Shown: positions 38,424-51,305 of the stretch, piece by piece
Position numbering within the stretch: position 1 is the first letter of the stretch
How the letters are laid out: the number at the start of each line of letters is the position of its first letter
Source of the DNA: Eledone cirrhosa
Taxonomy: Eukaryota
NCBI GenBank assembly: GCA_964016885.1
Contig: OZ024742.1
Span: 242,296,001-242,360,000 of the forward strand
DNA length: 64,000 nucleotides
Direction of reading: 5' to 3'
Translations under genes and position numbers: made by a program
Notes under the pieces: generated by a model
What the model was told of the DNA's origin: nothing
The model's input: only the letters and a program-made list of their open reading frames with translations
The model's database searches: none

Positions 38424-39089
38424 GTTTAGTTGATGTCTTGTTTTTCTCTGCCCTCTATCGCCAGGTCTAGTTGACTATTTCGTAGTTTTAGCGGATTTTT
38501 TATTGTATGGTTAGGTTGGGTATTATGTTTGTAAACTTGTTGTGCTGTTGATTAGGTTGGGGCTGCCCTGGTCAAGTAGACGTACCATTAAAGGCAATCA
38601 ATGTGTTATCTTCCAATATTTGTCCTTGACAGAGTTCACATAGTAACTCTGCTTTTTATGAAAGGTAGGGTGTGATTTGAGTGAGATTTGCCTACTACTG
38701 TAGAAGCTGTTCCGATTTATATCCCGGTCTTATTTGAGACCGCAACCATACGTAGTTCTTACTTTGTGTAAATCTTACATAATCAAGTCAAATAAAATGT
38801 AATTATATATTAACTGTTTTAATTGGTGTCTGAATAATATCGACCTCTACTTATTCAGTTAATTTTTCTTTTAGAAGTTATGTTATTTTTTTTATTTTAT
38901 ATTATTTTTACAGGCCGCACTATCTCACTAGCCGTGGTATTTGAAAGCCATCAAGTCCTTTTATCATTCCTTAGAGGTTAATGGCAGATCAGCAGACAGG
39001 ATAGCTTCTGGAATTTATGCATAATTCTATATGGTCTGATTTTAATTCCCATTCCTATTATTGTTGTTGTTGTCATGAATATTATTATT

Positions 39090-39312
39090 AGGGTGTTGGA
39101 TTGGCAGAATCGGTAGAGCGTCGGATAGCAAGCTTCGCAGCATAGAGTTACATCCCTTTACGTTCTGAGTTCAAATCCGACCATGGCTAGCTTTGCCTTT
39201 CATTCCTTACGGGGTCGATAAATTAAAGTACCAGTCACGCATTGGGGTCGAATTAATGGACTTTCCCTTCTCTTTTAAATTGCTGGCTTTGTGCTTCAAG
39301 TAGAAACAATTA
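39090..39312 (+). mobile_element. OK-like SINE
   Basis: A/B boxes, central domain, (TTA)n tail. Confidence 0.85.
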
Positions 39313-40194
39313 TTATTATTTTTGTTGTTGTTAATTTTATTATTATCATCATCATCGCCATCGATATCTTTATTATCTTCAACCAGCCCATCACTAAGGT
39401 GAGAAGAATGCCTAATGCTGAAAAAACGCCATTACCAAACGCTATTTTCCACCCCATTATTTCTATGACAACAAGTATTAATATAAACAGCTATAAAAAG
39501 GAATACAGTAACCTTTGCTGAATGTCTTTGACTTTCTCTTCGTGTTACTTTCATCTTTGTTTCTCACACCACTCTAATATTCCTTCTAAGTTCTTTCCCT
39601 TGTCCCCTTTATCTCGAAGTTCTACATCACATCCCTCCCCGATGCCATACACTTATTGAATTTATTTGCTTCTCTCGTTTTCTTTTGTTCGATTTTCTTC
39701 TATATTCTCTATCTTGTAAGTTTCCCCACCTTGCTATTTGATTTTCTTTCTAATTACATTAACATCGTTAAATAGATTATACTATCATATTTCCCCCCAT
39801 CTGCATTCTCTATCTCCATATTTAATCTCTGATACAGACTTTGCGCTCGTCCCATAACCGCTCTTAATTTCACACCGCGATAATAAACAAGACTCCCAAA
39901 CTCCTGCTAATTTTTCATCACAACTTTTATTGATCCACTCCTACCAAAATGTACTACGAGGTTTTGTACACACACTCGTTGATCTCATGAAATCTCAATG
40001 TGTGTACCCAATAAAAGTCGGGTATTGTTGAACATGTGCCCCCCCCCCCCATTATACACTAAACACAAACACGTACAAATACATATATACACGTAACTCC
40101 TCTATTATTTGTTCATCTACAAAATGAATTCATACCGCTCAAAAGCTATTATACATACACATGCAATCTTACTATATATACACATATATACTTC

Positions 40195-40528
40195 GTTTTT
40201 GCTTAGCAGATTTCCTGATGTAAAGTCATGTGTTGAAAGACATTGTTATAATTGGGAGGGTCATATTGCCAATAAAAACACACGCACCAGTTGTATCTTC
40301 GTTTCAATGTATTATTAGTTAAGTAACTAATCCATTCATCGGTTAATTTAGTAACCGGATGATTGCTTATTTGTTATTTGACCTGTTAATTGTAAAAGGT
40401 CTCACGTCACGCGTGTGTGGCTTCTTCCATGATTATTCATGGAACTCTGTGTCTCCGCTTTGTTCTAATTTACTCTATTTTGTCTTATTGACAAACCGAT
40501 GAATAAAATTAGTTACCTACAAAGTATA

Positions 40529-40530
<2 letters not shown>
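40195..40530 (-). mobile_element. Diverged family B copy
   Basis: ttgggagggtcatattgccaataa tail; decayed HHR at ~40390-40432; short inverted piece at 40495-40525. Confidence 0.55.
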
Positions 40531-40571
<41 letters not shown>

Positions 40572-40576
<5 letters not shown>

Positions 40577-40775
40577 AAAATGCATGACCCCGACGGCAGA
40601 GCTCAAGCCGTTTCGACGGCTATTTCTGAACTATCCAGAAATAGCCGTCGAAACGGCTCGAGCTCTGCCGTCGGGGAGTCATACATTTTCCTATTACCCA
40701 CTCTACTACCCTAAGTATTGAATACTCTGGTGCGTTATGGTCCATCTGGTTCTTCACCACAACTCCTTTTGTACC
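40572..40775 (+). mobile_element. Family A fold-back copy
   Basis: Palindrome 40572-40694 centred on gacggctatttctg/cagaaatagccgtc; GAAA-cggc..gccg-TC-gggg. Confidence 0.75.
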
Positions 40776-40871
40776 TATATATATATATATATATATGTAT
40801 ATAATCACTTAGCCATGCGCTTTCAAGTGTTTATATACACACACACACAGTCATGTGTGTATATATATCTA

Positions 40872-40920
<49 letters not shown>

Positions 40921-41064
40921 TTATTTAGGTTTGAGGTTCACCACTGGATAGAGCTGGTCAATTCCGTATGGTCAATCTTAATGTAATAATATGGAGAGGA
41001 CTCCACGTAAAGCAGTTCAACCGTCTTTGTTTTTGTAGTTGGTGGTGCTATTACGGAGTTAAAT

Positions 41065-43008
41065 ATTATAATGAAATGACAGGAGGCTGGACTTGTGTAA
41101 ATCCTTGAAAGGTTTATTATACTATGATCATTTCAATGACCGGGTTCCGTATGAAGCCGGTGATATCATCAGGTATTCGAAATACAATAAGTGAATGCAA
41201 TAGATAAAATTCATGGGGCTGAAAATCAAAGACCGGAGGACGACCGCCATCCAGCATCTTCCACCTTTGCTGGTCGCCCTCAAGTGACATGGCTAAAGCT
41301 TATAGTGTGCTCCTACCGGTCAAATAGAGGAAAACAGAAAGGGAGAGGAACATAAGTCAGCGTTAATATCATGCCAAAAGAAAGAAGAGAAAAAAAGGGG
41401 GAAGGAAGAAAAGGAAGAAGAAGAAAAGCCAGGGATAATGTCCAGCTACAAGGAGAAAGACAGAAAGAAAGAGGAAGAAAGGTCGGTATTAATGTCAAAC
41501 TACAGTCAGGCCAGGCATGGCGCGAAAAAAAAATTTTCAAAGGGACCCGTATCTTAACAGCTACTACCGGTAAAATTTAGGCAAACAAAAAGGGGAGAGG
41601 AAGATAAGTCAGCGTTAATATCATGCCACAAGAAGAAAGACAGAAAGGAGGGGGAAGAGAAGGAAGAAAAGGAAGAAGAAGAAAAGTCAGGGTTAATGGT
41701 TACAAGAAGAAAGACAGAAAGAAAGAGGAAGAAAGTTCGGTACTAATGTTATTCTAATGTTATTTTATAATGTTATTCTGAATTCTTTCAACTTCATCCT
41801 ATAAATCTAAACAATAATTTAACGTTCCAACTTTCTGTCGGACTGTTGGGTTGGTTTTCCTGGCGGCGGGACCGGCCCCCTGGCGCATAGGCCTACCTTG
41901 AGTGCTTTGGAAAAATAAATTTCCCCTTCTTTCGGTAAATGAAACTACTCGGAGTGGCTTGATCCGCAGCAGGGGCCCGGCGCGTAGCCGGTTTTTTGAC
42001 CGGCATATAGTACCTTTAAATTACAGATCTAATCATAATTATTAGATGTATCACGCCTCTCTTTACTTATGCAAATCCCCCTCCTGGGTAAATGAATAGT
42101 ACTGGTTTTGTACAAGGATGGCCTAACGATGCGGGCTGACTTCCCGCTGGCGCACCTGAAGCCTGTTATACATTCCTAGAGTGCTCGGAAAAATTGATTT
42201 CCATATATTTCGGTACGCGATACCACTCGGAGTGGGTGGGCTGCGCAAGCCTGTGATCGCCGCATGCTGTTTGACGGCTAAACAAAGACATAATCTTTAC
42301 TCTATAATAAAATTTAAGTTTCTTCATAAAAGACACTTTCTTTGCTTAAACCCCGCAACCTTAAAAATGTTAAACTGTTTAACTTTCAATTTTCTTTAAT
42401 TTTATAATGTTAATATTAAAGATTCATTTTTTAACTTCATCCTATAAATCTAAACAAAAATGTAACGTTCCAATCTTCTGCTCACACATTATAACATACA
42501 AATCCCCATTATATTTACCTCTGCTAAGATACGGGTCCCTTTGAAAATATTTTTTTCGCGCCATTCCTGGCCTGACTATAGTCTGACATTAGTACCGAAC
42601 TTTCTTTCTGTATTTCTTCTTGTAGCCATTAACCCTGACTTTTCTCCTTCTTCCTTTTCTTCCTTCCCCCTTCTTCTCTCTTCTTTCTTTTTTCTTGTGG
42701 CACGATATTAACGCTGACTTATGTTCCTCTCCCTTTCTGTTTTCCTCTATTTGACCGGTAGTAGCACACTATAAGCTTTAGCCACGTCACTTGAGGGCGA
42801 CCGGCAAAGGTGGAAGATGCTGGATGGCGGTCGTCCTCCGGTCTTTGATTTTCAGCCCCATGGATTTTATCTATTGCATTCACTTATTATATTTCGAATA
42901 CCTGATGATATCACTGGATTCATACGGAACCCGGTTATTTGAAATGATCATAGTATAATAAACCTTTCAAGGATTTACACAAGTCCAGCCTCCTGCCATT
43001 TCATTATT
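41065..43008. mobile_element. Family E fold-back element, about 1.95 kb, with an HHR in each arm and two structured modules inside
   Basis: About 490 bp inverted arms (41067-41560 vs 42520-43008); HHRs at 41119-41176(-) and 42898-42956(+). Confidence 0.85.
42898..42956 (+). ncRNA. Type I hammerhead ribozyme with palindromic stem III loop
   Basis: atac-CTGATGA-stem II-GAAA-tgatca-TA-gtat, then aataaa. Confidence 0.75.
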
Positions 43009-43061
43009 ATATATATATATATATATATATATATCCATGACTGTGTGTGTGTGTATATAAA

Positions 43062-43390
43062 CACGTGAAAGCGCATGGCTAAGTGATTAAAGCGTTGGGT
43101 TTGCAATCATGAGGTTGTACGTTCGATTCTCGGACCAGATGATGCGTTGTGTCCTAGAGCAAGACACTTTATTTCACGTTGCTTCAGTCTACTGAGCTCT
43201 AGAAATGAGTGACGACAGAGTTGTATCGGCCATTGCCTTTCCTTTGAGCAAAATCGGTGGCGCTGAGAAGGCAATCTGATATGCATGGGTGGGTGACTGC
43301 TGTTCAACCATAAACAAGCGTGCCCGGTAGCGTACCTTTTCTAAGCGCAAATCTATGATCATTCTCGACTGAAGGACATGTTTACCCAAT
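43062..43390 (+). mobile_element. CORE-type (OR-like) SINE, second subfamily
   Basis: A box tggctaagtgatt, B box gttcgattc, gagcaagacactttatttcacgttgc; related pieces at 7585-7760 and 59092-59200(-). Confidence 0.7.
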
Positions 43391-43740
43391 ATATATGTAT
43401 ATACGTATATAAGCAAGATGTATGGTAGGTCGTATGTGAATCGTGATGATCACGATTTTTTAGGGTGCTTCTACGAGATCCCAAGTCTTTTACTTTTAAT
43501 ACGTAAATTATAAATTATCTAATTTTTAACCTTCAATCCCTGACTCTCAGGACATTTTCAAATTCTCTTAACTCCCCATAACCCATCCCTTTTACAATTC
43601 CGACAACTAATATAAAGGAGCCCCCTTAGAATATAGACCCCAAATATACAAGCGGAGCTGCTGATGTATACCACAATTTCAAACTGCTGGTCTTAAGTGA
43701 TACGTTGATGTAAATAATGAACTTACAATCACATGTTATA

Positions 43741-43787
43741 TGCCTTGAAAAGTCCCACCATATGGTCGGACGAAACGGCTGTCGGCA
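43741..43787 (+). ncRNA. Minimal type I hammerhead, U3-A8 core variant
   Basis: tgcc-TTGAAAA-gtcc..ggac-GAAA-cggctg-TC-ggca, then ataaac; (TA)n follows 50 nt later. Confidence 0.75.
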
Positions 43788-43846
43788 ATAAACTTGTTAT
43801 AATGTCATAATAGTTCCTTTGTTCTTTTTCATTAATAATATATACG

Positions 43847-43873
<27 letters not shown>

Positions 43874-43880
<7 letters not shown>

Positions 43881-43932
43881 TAACAGATTAAAGTTTAGGC
43901 AAATAATCGCTGCTTTCACTCAAGGGTGAAAG

Positions 43933-43936
<4 letters not shown>
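43874..43936 (-). mobile_element. Family C micro fold-back copy
   Basis: Reverse complement of 5836-5882, capped by the hairpin tgctttcac/gtgaaagca; lies inside (TA)n. Confidence 0.7.
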
Positions 43937-43982
<46 letters not shown>

Positions 43983-43987
<5 letters not shown>

Positions 43988-45134
43988 GTGCTTCAAAAAG
44001 CTTTTAAGTCCATCTGTGAAAAACTTAGGACCATGCGTATTTAAACCATGTCAAAGCAGTTTTTTTTTTACATCTTTACTTCAATGATGTTTTCAGGTTT
44101 CGAAACATAAATAAGTCTGATGAGGCTAAATCGGGACTGTAAGGTGGTTGTCGGATGATTTCCCATCGAAATTAGCCTAATACAGTTCGTGTCTGCCGAG
44201 CGCCATGTGCGGGATCATTGTCGTGGTGGAAGAGAACGTGCCGATGCAGCTTCCCCGGGCGTTTTTCCGCGATTTTCTTGGCCAGTTTTCTCAAAACGCC
44301 TTCATAATATGCAGCTGTAACTGTTCTCTTGTTCTTGAGGAAATCAACCAGCAAAATGCCCTCTGTATCTTAAAATCCCCTCTGTATCTCTTGAACGCTC
44401 CGATTTTGCCTTTACTTCCCCCCACCCCTAGCCAGCCACTATTTCAATTGAGTTTTGTCCTCAGGATAGTAATGGCAGAGCAACGTTTCATCAATTCTCC
44501 GCAGAACGCCTTCATACCACTTGTTCAAAATTTCCATAGAAAGATTTGCCATCATTTGCTGCTGATCTGAGCGCAACAGCTTTAGGATCCATCAAGCGCA
44601 AAGCTTGCTCAGCTCCAAATTCTCCACCAGAATTGCGCGTACAGAACCCGTGGAGATGTTGATTGTGTCGGCTACTGATTCAGTGGTTATTCGCGTATCC
44701 TTTTCAATTAGGTCGCGAACAGCATTGGTGTTTTCCACACAGAATGACGTGGATGGCCTACCACTGCAGGATCATCTTCTACCTCATCTCTTCCACTTCT
44801 AAAACGACTTATCTATTTCTAAGTTGTTGATTTCTTTGGGGAATTGCCCTCCTAATCTTTCCATAGAGCGTCAATGATTTGGCTACTCTTTTCCACCCTA
44901 ATGTCACCATGAATTTTATGTTTGTCCTGGCCTCAAATTGTGATGGAAGACATGTTGCTTGAGCGTGTGCTGATTTCCGACTGGTGCTGAAACGCTGCAA
45001 CATGCATTTAAGGGCTCATGGGAAAACATGTTCTGACACGTTAGTACGAGAACGTACAGGAGCATTGAGGTCAAAATGCCTGCATATGTTCTTTAGTTAT
45101 TTACTTTTTCCACGAAATTTTTGAAGGCCCCTCC
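43983..45134 (-). mobile_element. Mariner DNA transposon, Hsmar2-like (irritans subfamily), decayed
   Basis: TIRs taagggtgcttcaaaaag / tttttgaaggcccctcc within TA; transposase pieces EARTNIKFMVTLGWK, LLVDFL, AEKRPGKLH..VLFHHDNDPAH, PPYSPDLASSD; probable ATG at 44953. Confidence 0.9.
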
Positions 45135-45173
<39 letters not shown>

Positions 45174-45639
45174 GCATATGCGTGTGTGTGTGTGTGTGTG
45201 CGTGTTTATTTATTATGGATATATTTCGAAATTAACAAAGCGTTGCGTAGGTTTCAAAGGTTTCTTAGAAAATGTATAATTCCACGCGGGAAATTACTGG
45301 AACCACAGTTTATAACCAAAGACAATAGCTTAGAGAATCGGGTAAAGTAGCCTTTATAAGCAAAAAATAGCGACCATAACCACCCATATATTCACTTTAA
45401 AGTCCTTCCAGTGGACACAGCGCATGGCATTCAAACATTATAAACTTGAAATCAACTACAGATATTCTTCTATTTTCCTTCGTTCGGAGTACCATTTTCA
45501 GACATTTCTTGGTTTTCCATCACCCATTTACCTCCCAAATATTGCATAGACACAGAAATACACACATTCGGACAGACACGCATATACACAGGTATAAACA
45601 CACAGACACATTAATAGTACACACAAAAACACCCTCATC

Positions 45640-46525
45640 AGCGAGGTCCTCAGTACGACGGCAGAATCTGACGTGACCCAATAACTGGAGCAGGCCATGG
45701 CCGACTGTAACAGCGAAGGTCTCTCCGTCTCCCAGTATACAAATGTCCAACGTAACTGGGACGATATCAAGTGGAGGTCTACCATCAGACGTATCGAATC
45801 TGGCTTGGACCAACACTGCTTTGCCTACCTCCGTTTCGGATCGTAGCCAAACAGCGGCACGGGAGTCAACATGATGTCTCCTTATCAGCCAGTACTCTTC
45901 TTGACGAGAACACTCGCATCAGAGTAGCCCAACGTCTCGGCCCTCGCGTGTGTGAGCCACATAAATGCTCTTGTGGAGCTGTCATCAGTGATTTTGGCCT
46001 GCACCCATTATTATGCTGCCAGAGCACACGCCGGTTCCCCCAATATGACAATCTCTACGACATAATGAGAAGGAGCCTCAATGCAGCCAGCTTCTCGCCC
46101 CAACTGAAGTCAGTAGGCCTCGACCATGGTGATATCAAGCGTGCGGATGTAATGACTCTCTTCCCATTTGAAGGAGGTAAATCCCTCATCTGGGACGCGA
46201 TATACTTTGACACGTTCTCCGCCTCCAGCTGAGATGCTTCGGACACAAACCTCGGGACCGCAGCTCATAATGCATAGGACGGGAAGACAAGCAATACCCG
46301 ACCTTGTCCGGCCACTTCCTTTTCACCCTGGTCGCCATCGAGACTTCCTCCGTCCTCGGATCCCGTACAGCTGACTTCTTCTGTAAAATCGGATCTATAA
46401 CAGCCAGCCTGAGGAAGATGCCCCGCGGTATAGTGTGACAGTTGCAGTGTGTGTCCCTGACCATTGTCCACGAAAATACCTTTGCCATTTTGTATGCGGG
46501 GCGCAGATGTAAAGTCTGTGACACT
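45640..46525 (+). pseudogene. 3' fragment of a CRE-like RLE non-LTR retrotransposon
   Basis: RIRVAQRLG..VCEPHKCSCG...HPLLC; GLDHGDIKRADVMTLFPFEGGKSLIWD...DTFSASS; VSLTIVHENTFAIL terminus. Confidence 0.75.
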
Positions 46526-48484
46526 CTCTCTTTCTCCCTTTATTTCTCCCTTTTGACTGGTAGTACTTGTTTTTCCCCTCCTTTTCCTCTCATTTATGAC
46601 ATTTATAGTTCTTTCCAATACTGCTTTCTTTTTTGTATGTTTAACCGAATAAAAATAATACAACCAAAGACCGGACAGTGGAGAAGCAAACAAATTTCAC
46701 CGAAAGGTTTCTGTTCAGGTGTTCATCTAATTATCACGATTGAAGAACAACTCGAAGGACATAAGTTCTTGCGTTACAGTAGAAAAGAATTTAAACAGAG
46801 CTAACTAGATATTCGGTTGTCTATATTAGGATACTGCAGCTTCTTGTTGATTTCATCCACATTCAATATACTTATGAATACACAAATGAATTGCAATTGC
46901 TGATAAATCATTTTACTTTTACAAGTCAAAAATAATTGTTTCTACTTTTGGCACAAGGCCAGGAATTATGCCAGTGCAAATGATACAGTTCTAAAATGCT
47001 ATATTAGCATAATGTTAGTGTTAAGATTGTTGAAACAAAATAATACTTAGGCTAGAATTGTTATAGGAAAGCCAGTATCATGCAAGCTGGAAATATAGGA
47101 GTAAAAATGAGTTAAGTAATTAAACTAAAACAATAGCTTTCACGTTTACCTCACATTCCATTATATTTCCGGTGTCATGAGCCATTTTGCAGACAAAATG
47201 AAATAATATGCTGGTGATGACGAGCTGGTGTGCTCTGGCATCTCCATTCAATTCTGTTCCTTTGAAAAAGGAGTCATAACTCCGAAGTCCCGTTAAATAT
47301 GATATAACAGTGTTAAGGTTTTCTTTTTTCTTTTTTTTTTTTTGCTTTCATTTTCTCTTGATTTCTAGCGTATAGCATACTTACTTTTCCAAAACAATTC
47401 TAACCAGATATTCTAATTATTTTTGAGCCAAGTTAAATGGCGCATTATGTATTCTAAATAATATTTTGATAGAAAATTATTTATATGTATATCATAAATT
47501 CATTTGAAGCAATTTACAATAACTCCTTGCAGACTTTTAACATTTTTCGATTCACTCGTTTATACAAACCATTCATCTAGAATTTATTCGGTTGTCTATA
47601 TTAGGATACTGCAGCTTCTTGTCACCATAAAGAAACAGAACAAAAATTGTACCATAGCATATAGTATTCTGTGGTGTTAATCTATAATTTCTACTATTGC
47701 TAGTCCTGTGAGAACTTCCAGCCGTTCATTTTCCTAGAATAGATTTTGTTCAATATGTGAAACCGCGAAACCCCGACCATAATATTTGAAACATTACAAC
47801 ACTGTTTGATTAGATGTTCACTCTTTAACAAAATAATCATGTGTGACTTTCGACTGACAATTTCAACTTAAAACATTAAATCTGTATTCGGTTTTTCATC
47901 TCTTGATAACATATCTAAAGAACATTTTCAGACCGGTTCTTTCTTTTTGAATGCCACACAAAATGTTTTAAACGAATTTCGACTAGTTTAATCTCCAGCT
48001 TTGTATTTTAACTGCTTCTGTTAGATTATATATTATTTAAAAGGATTGCATATCAGAGAGAATATTTGAAAATATTTGGCTTCTTTGCGATTCTATTAAA
48101 CTAGTTAAGTTAGTTGAATTAAAATGTTTGCTTTAGACTGAAAAGCTCCCCGTTTAATTATTAATTCTTTGTGTAGACACTCCTGCAATCTGGTTTCTAT
48201 TCATCAGAAGAACGCAAACATTTAGAGCCCATACCTCTGGATTTCAAATGGATAGCATTGGAATTAAAACATTGAAGATTTCCTAATATTCTCAATAAGT
48301 CAAGAGATCACTGTGAAGATCAAATCTAAATAAATACAGTAAGAGGGAAACAATGAAGCCATCGATGAGAACCCATTAATGCGGTGGTACAATAAGATTA
48401 TATGGCCTAAATATAACAATGAATAAGGTGTGTTTAAAATGACACAAATTTTAAGGTTTGCCTAATTTGCTTATTAATTATTAG

Positions 48485-51305
48485 CTTGGCAGTATCGGTA
48501 GAGGGTCGGATACCATGCTTTGCAGCACAGATACGTCCCTTTACGGACAGAGTTCAAATCCCGCCGAGGTTAACATTGCCTTTCATCCTTACGGGGTCGA
48601 TAAAATAAAGTACCAGTAATACACTGGGATGATTGCTGGCCTTGTGCCAAAAAGTAGAAACAATTAATTATTAGCGTCACTGAAAAGCGGGAGTATTTCA
48701 CGTACATTTGCGGAATTACACAGCCATTACGTTTGTAATTCCAGATTCTGTTGTTACGTTTGGCCATACTATCCAAAACTGAGTGAGACTTATATTATTG
48801 ATTGAGCTGGAATGTAAAACAATACAATTATGGAATTACAACCAGTATATTAATTCAGGATTGGTAATATTATTACTATAAGGCTGTGGATTGGCAGTAT
48901 CGGTAGAAGGTCGGACGTCATGCTTTGACGCATAGAGTTACGGCTCTTGCCATTCTGAGTTCAAATACCGCCGAGGTCAACTTTGTCTTTCATCCTTACG
49001 GGGTCGATAAAATAAAGTACCAGTAATGTACTTGGTAATTGCTGGCCTTGTGCCAAAAAGTAGAAACAATTATTACTATAATAGAATTACAGCATATATT
49101 GGCAGAATCAGTGGAATGAAACCACATGCAGATCAAGGGTGATAATATATATGCAGCTTGACAATTTCTCGCTTACAACACTAAATTGTATATCTTGGGT
49201 CTGTATTAGAAATCATATATAATATTATTATATCTTTTACGAAATGAGATAGAGCGTTGCGTTTTTAACAAGCTTAACTATGGAATAAAATGGAAAATAT
49301 AATGGAAATCTTAGATTAATAATTCAAGTTCGAGTACTATGTTCCTATCAACAAAAACTGTAAAACAATACCGAAGACATGAATTTTTTTAAATTAATTA
49401 AATAATCTTTTTTAAATTAATTAAATAATCTTTTGACGATATATACATTTTTGTATCAAAATAAAAATATGTATTTGTTTTGCAAGATAGGAACACAACG
49501 GGAGGAAACTTGGAAACATGATAATCACTGAAGATGTCACAGATACATGTTATGAATGAACATTGAGAAACTATATTTATATTTATAATTTTAACTGTTG
49601 GTGATAAACAATGAATGCCAGCTAAATTATTTATACAAATATGAAAATATACTGAAGCGAAACCCAAATAAAACAGTGAATGTATCTTACATTTTTTTTT
49701 TCTGGCCATATGACTCTCCCCAAATATAACAATAAAAATAAGAATATTCGTAAAACCTTGAATGTGCACGTGTTTCGCTCGTTATTATTATTTTTAAAAA
49801 TGGCGGTGGAATGGCAGTATCGGTAGAGAGTCGGACACCATGCTTTGAAGCATAGAGTTACGTCCCTTTATGATCTGAGTTCAAATCCCGCCGAGGTTAA
49901 CTTTGCCTTTCATCCTTACGGGGTCGATAAAATAAAGTACCAGTAATGTACTGAGTAATTGCTGGCCTTGTGCCAAAAATAGAAACAATTATTATTCAAA
50001 ATAAAAATTGTAAGAAGGTATTCAACAGTGGCTGCAAGGAGAATGTTTGGTGGCAGTGATAAATTAATTGTTTCTACTTTTGGTACAAGGCCAGCAAATA
50101 TCCCAGTGCTTTACTGGTACTTTGTTTTATTGACCCCCGTAAGATTGAAAGGCAAAGTTAACCTTGGCCGGATTTGAACTCAGACCGTAAAGGGACGTAA
50201 CTCTATGCTGGAAAGCATGGTGACTAACCCTCTACCGATACTGCCAATCCACCGCCCTGGCAGTGATAAAATAATGTTTATTTAATACCCACACAGTCAT
50301 GATTCACTCTTGGATGGTGGACTTTAATTAAAATGAGACAAGTACGTAGCAAGTACATATTTTATCTACTTTGCAAATGGGAAAAGCAATGTTTACGTCA
50401 CCAGCATCGAAACTCAGTATTTAATAAATACTGAAAGATATCTTGTGAATTGGAGGATAGTTGTGAGTATAAACATTTTTTCCTACGTCTGTTCAATATA
50501 TTCCTCTTGAGATATGTTAAAATCCAAAATGTTATTTTTACTTTCATAGAGTCCATTTCACAATATTATATATAAACTACACTCTTCTATATTCTATCTT
50601 AAACCCATTGGTTATGAAAACTACGAAAAGAATTCCAATGGAACAGAAAACGTTTACGATAGGTTCACATATTACATGTTTTAAAATATAGAGAGAGTCA
50701 TGACCCAAACGTTTTTGACGGGGCAAAACAGAAATCATCTGTGAATTGCATAAACGTTACTTGCAGTATTTTACTTTATGCTTTCCCTAGTCCCACAAAG
50801 AACAGTTGCAGATTCCCTAAATACATTTTATTTGAATGATTTTTTTTTAAATATTGGTTTTTTTAAATATTGGTTTTTTAAATATTGTTTTTTTTTAAAT
50901 ATTGGCAAAGCAAATAATTTTGGGGGAAGAGAAAGTTGATTAAATCAACCCCAGGGCGTTAAAGGTACTTTGTTTTATCGGCCCTGTAATGAAAGGCAAA
51001 GCTAACCTCAACAGGATTTGAAATCAGAACGTAAAGCGCCGTAACTCTATGCCGCGAAGCATGGTATCCGACTATCAACCGCTACCGCCAATCCATTTAT
51101 AATATAATGCTTTCTTATATAGGCACAAGGCCAGCAATTTGGGAGGAGGGGAAAATCGTGACTGGTACTTTAGTTTACCGATCCCGTAAGGATGAAAGGC
51201 AGAGTTAACGTCGGCGGGATTTGAACTCACATCATAAAGAGCCGTAACTCTATGCTGCAAAGCATGGTGTCCGACCCTCTACTAATACTGCCAATCCACT
51301 GCCCT
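48485..51305. mobile_element. Six dispersed OK-like SINEs
   Basis: ~48485-48665(+), 48882-49072(+), 49802-49992(+), 50066-50257(-), 50903-51095(-), 51108-51305(-); TSDs tggcagtgataaa and caatccatttataatataatg. Confidence 0.85.
49490..49770 (+). mobile_element. Old family B-related copy with a decayed HHR
   Basis: atca-CTGAAGA-tgtcacagat.. at 49524-49545; atatgactctccccaaatataac tail. Confidence 0.5.

Noticed and set aside
42069-42076. ATGCAAAT octamer as an snRNA-type promoter
   Set aside because: Not conserved at the homologous position near 9552 and expected by chance in AT-rich DNA
48882-48975. tRNA gene suggested by A and B boxes
   Set aside because: The box spacing is too long, there is no cloverleaf, and it is the head of a high-copy SINE
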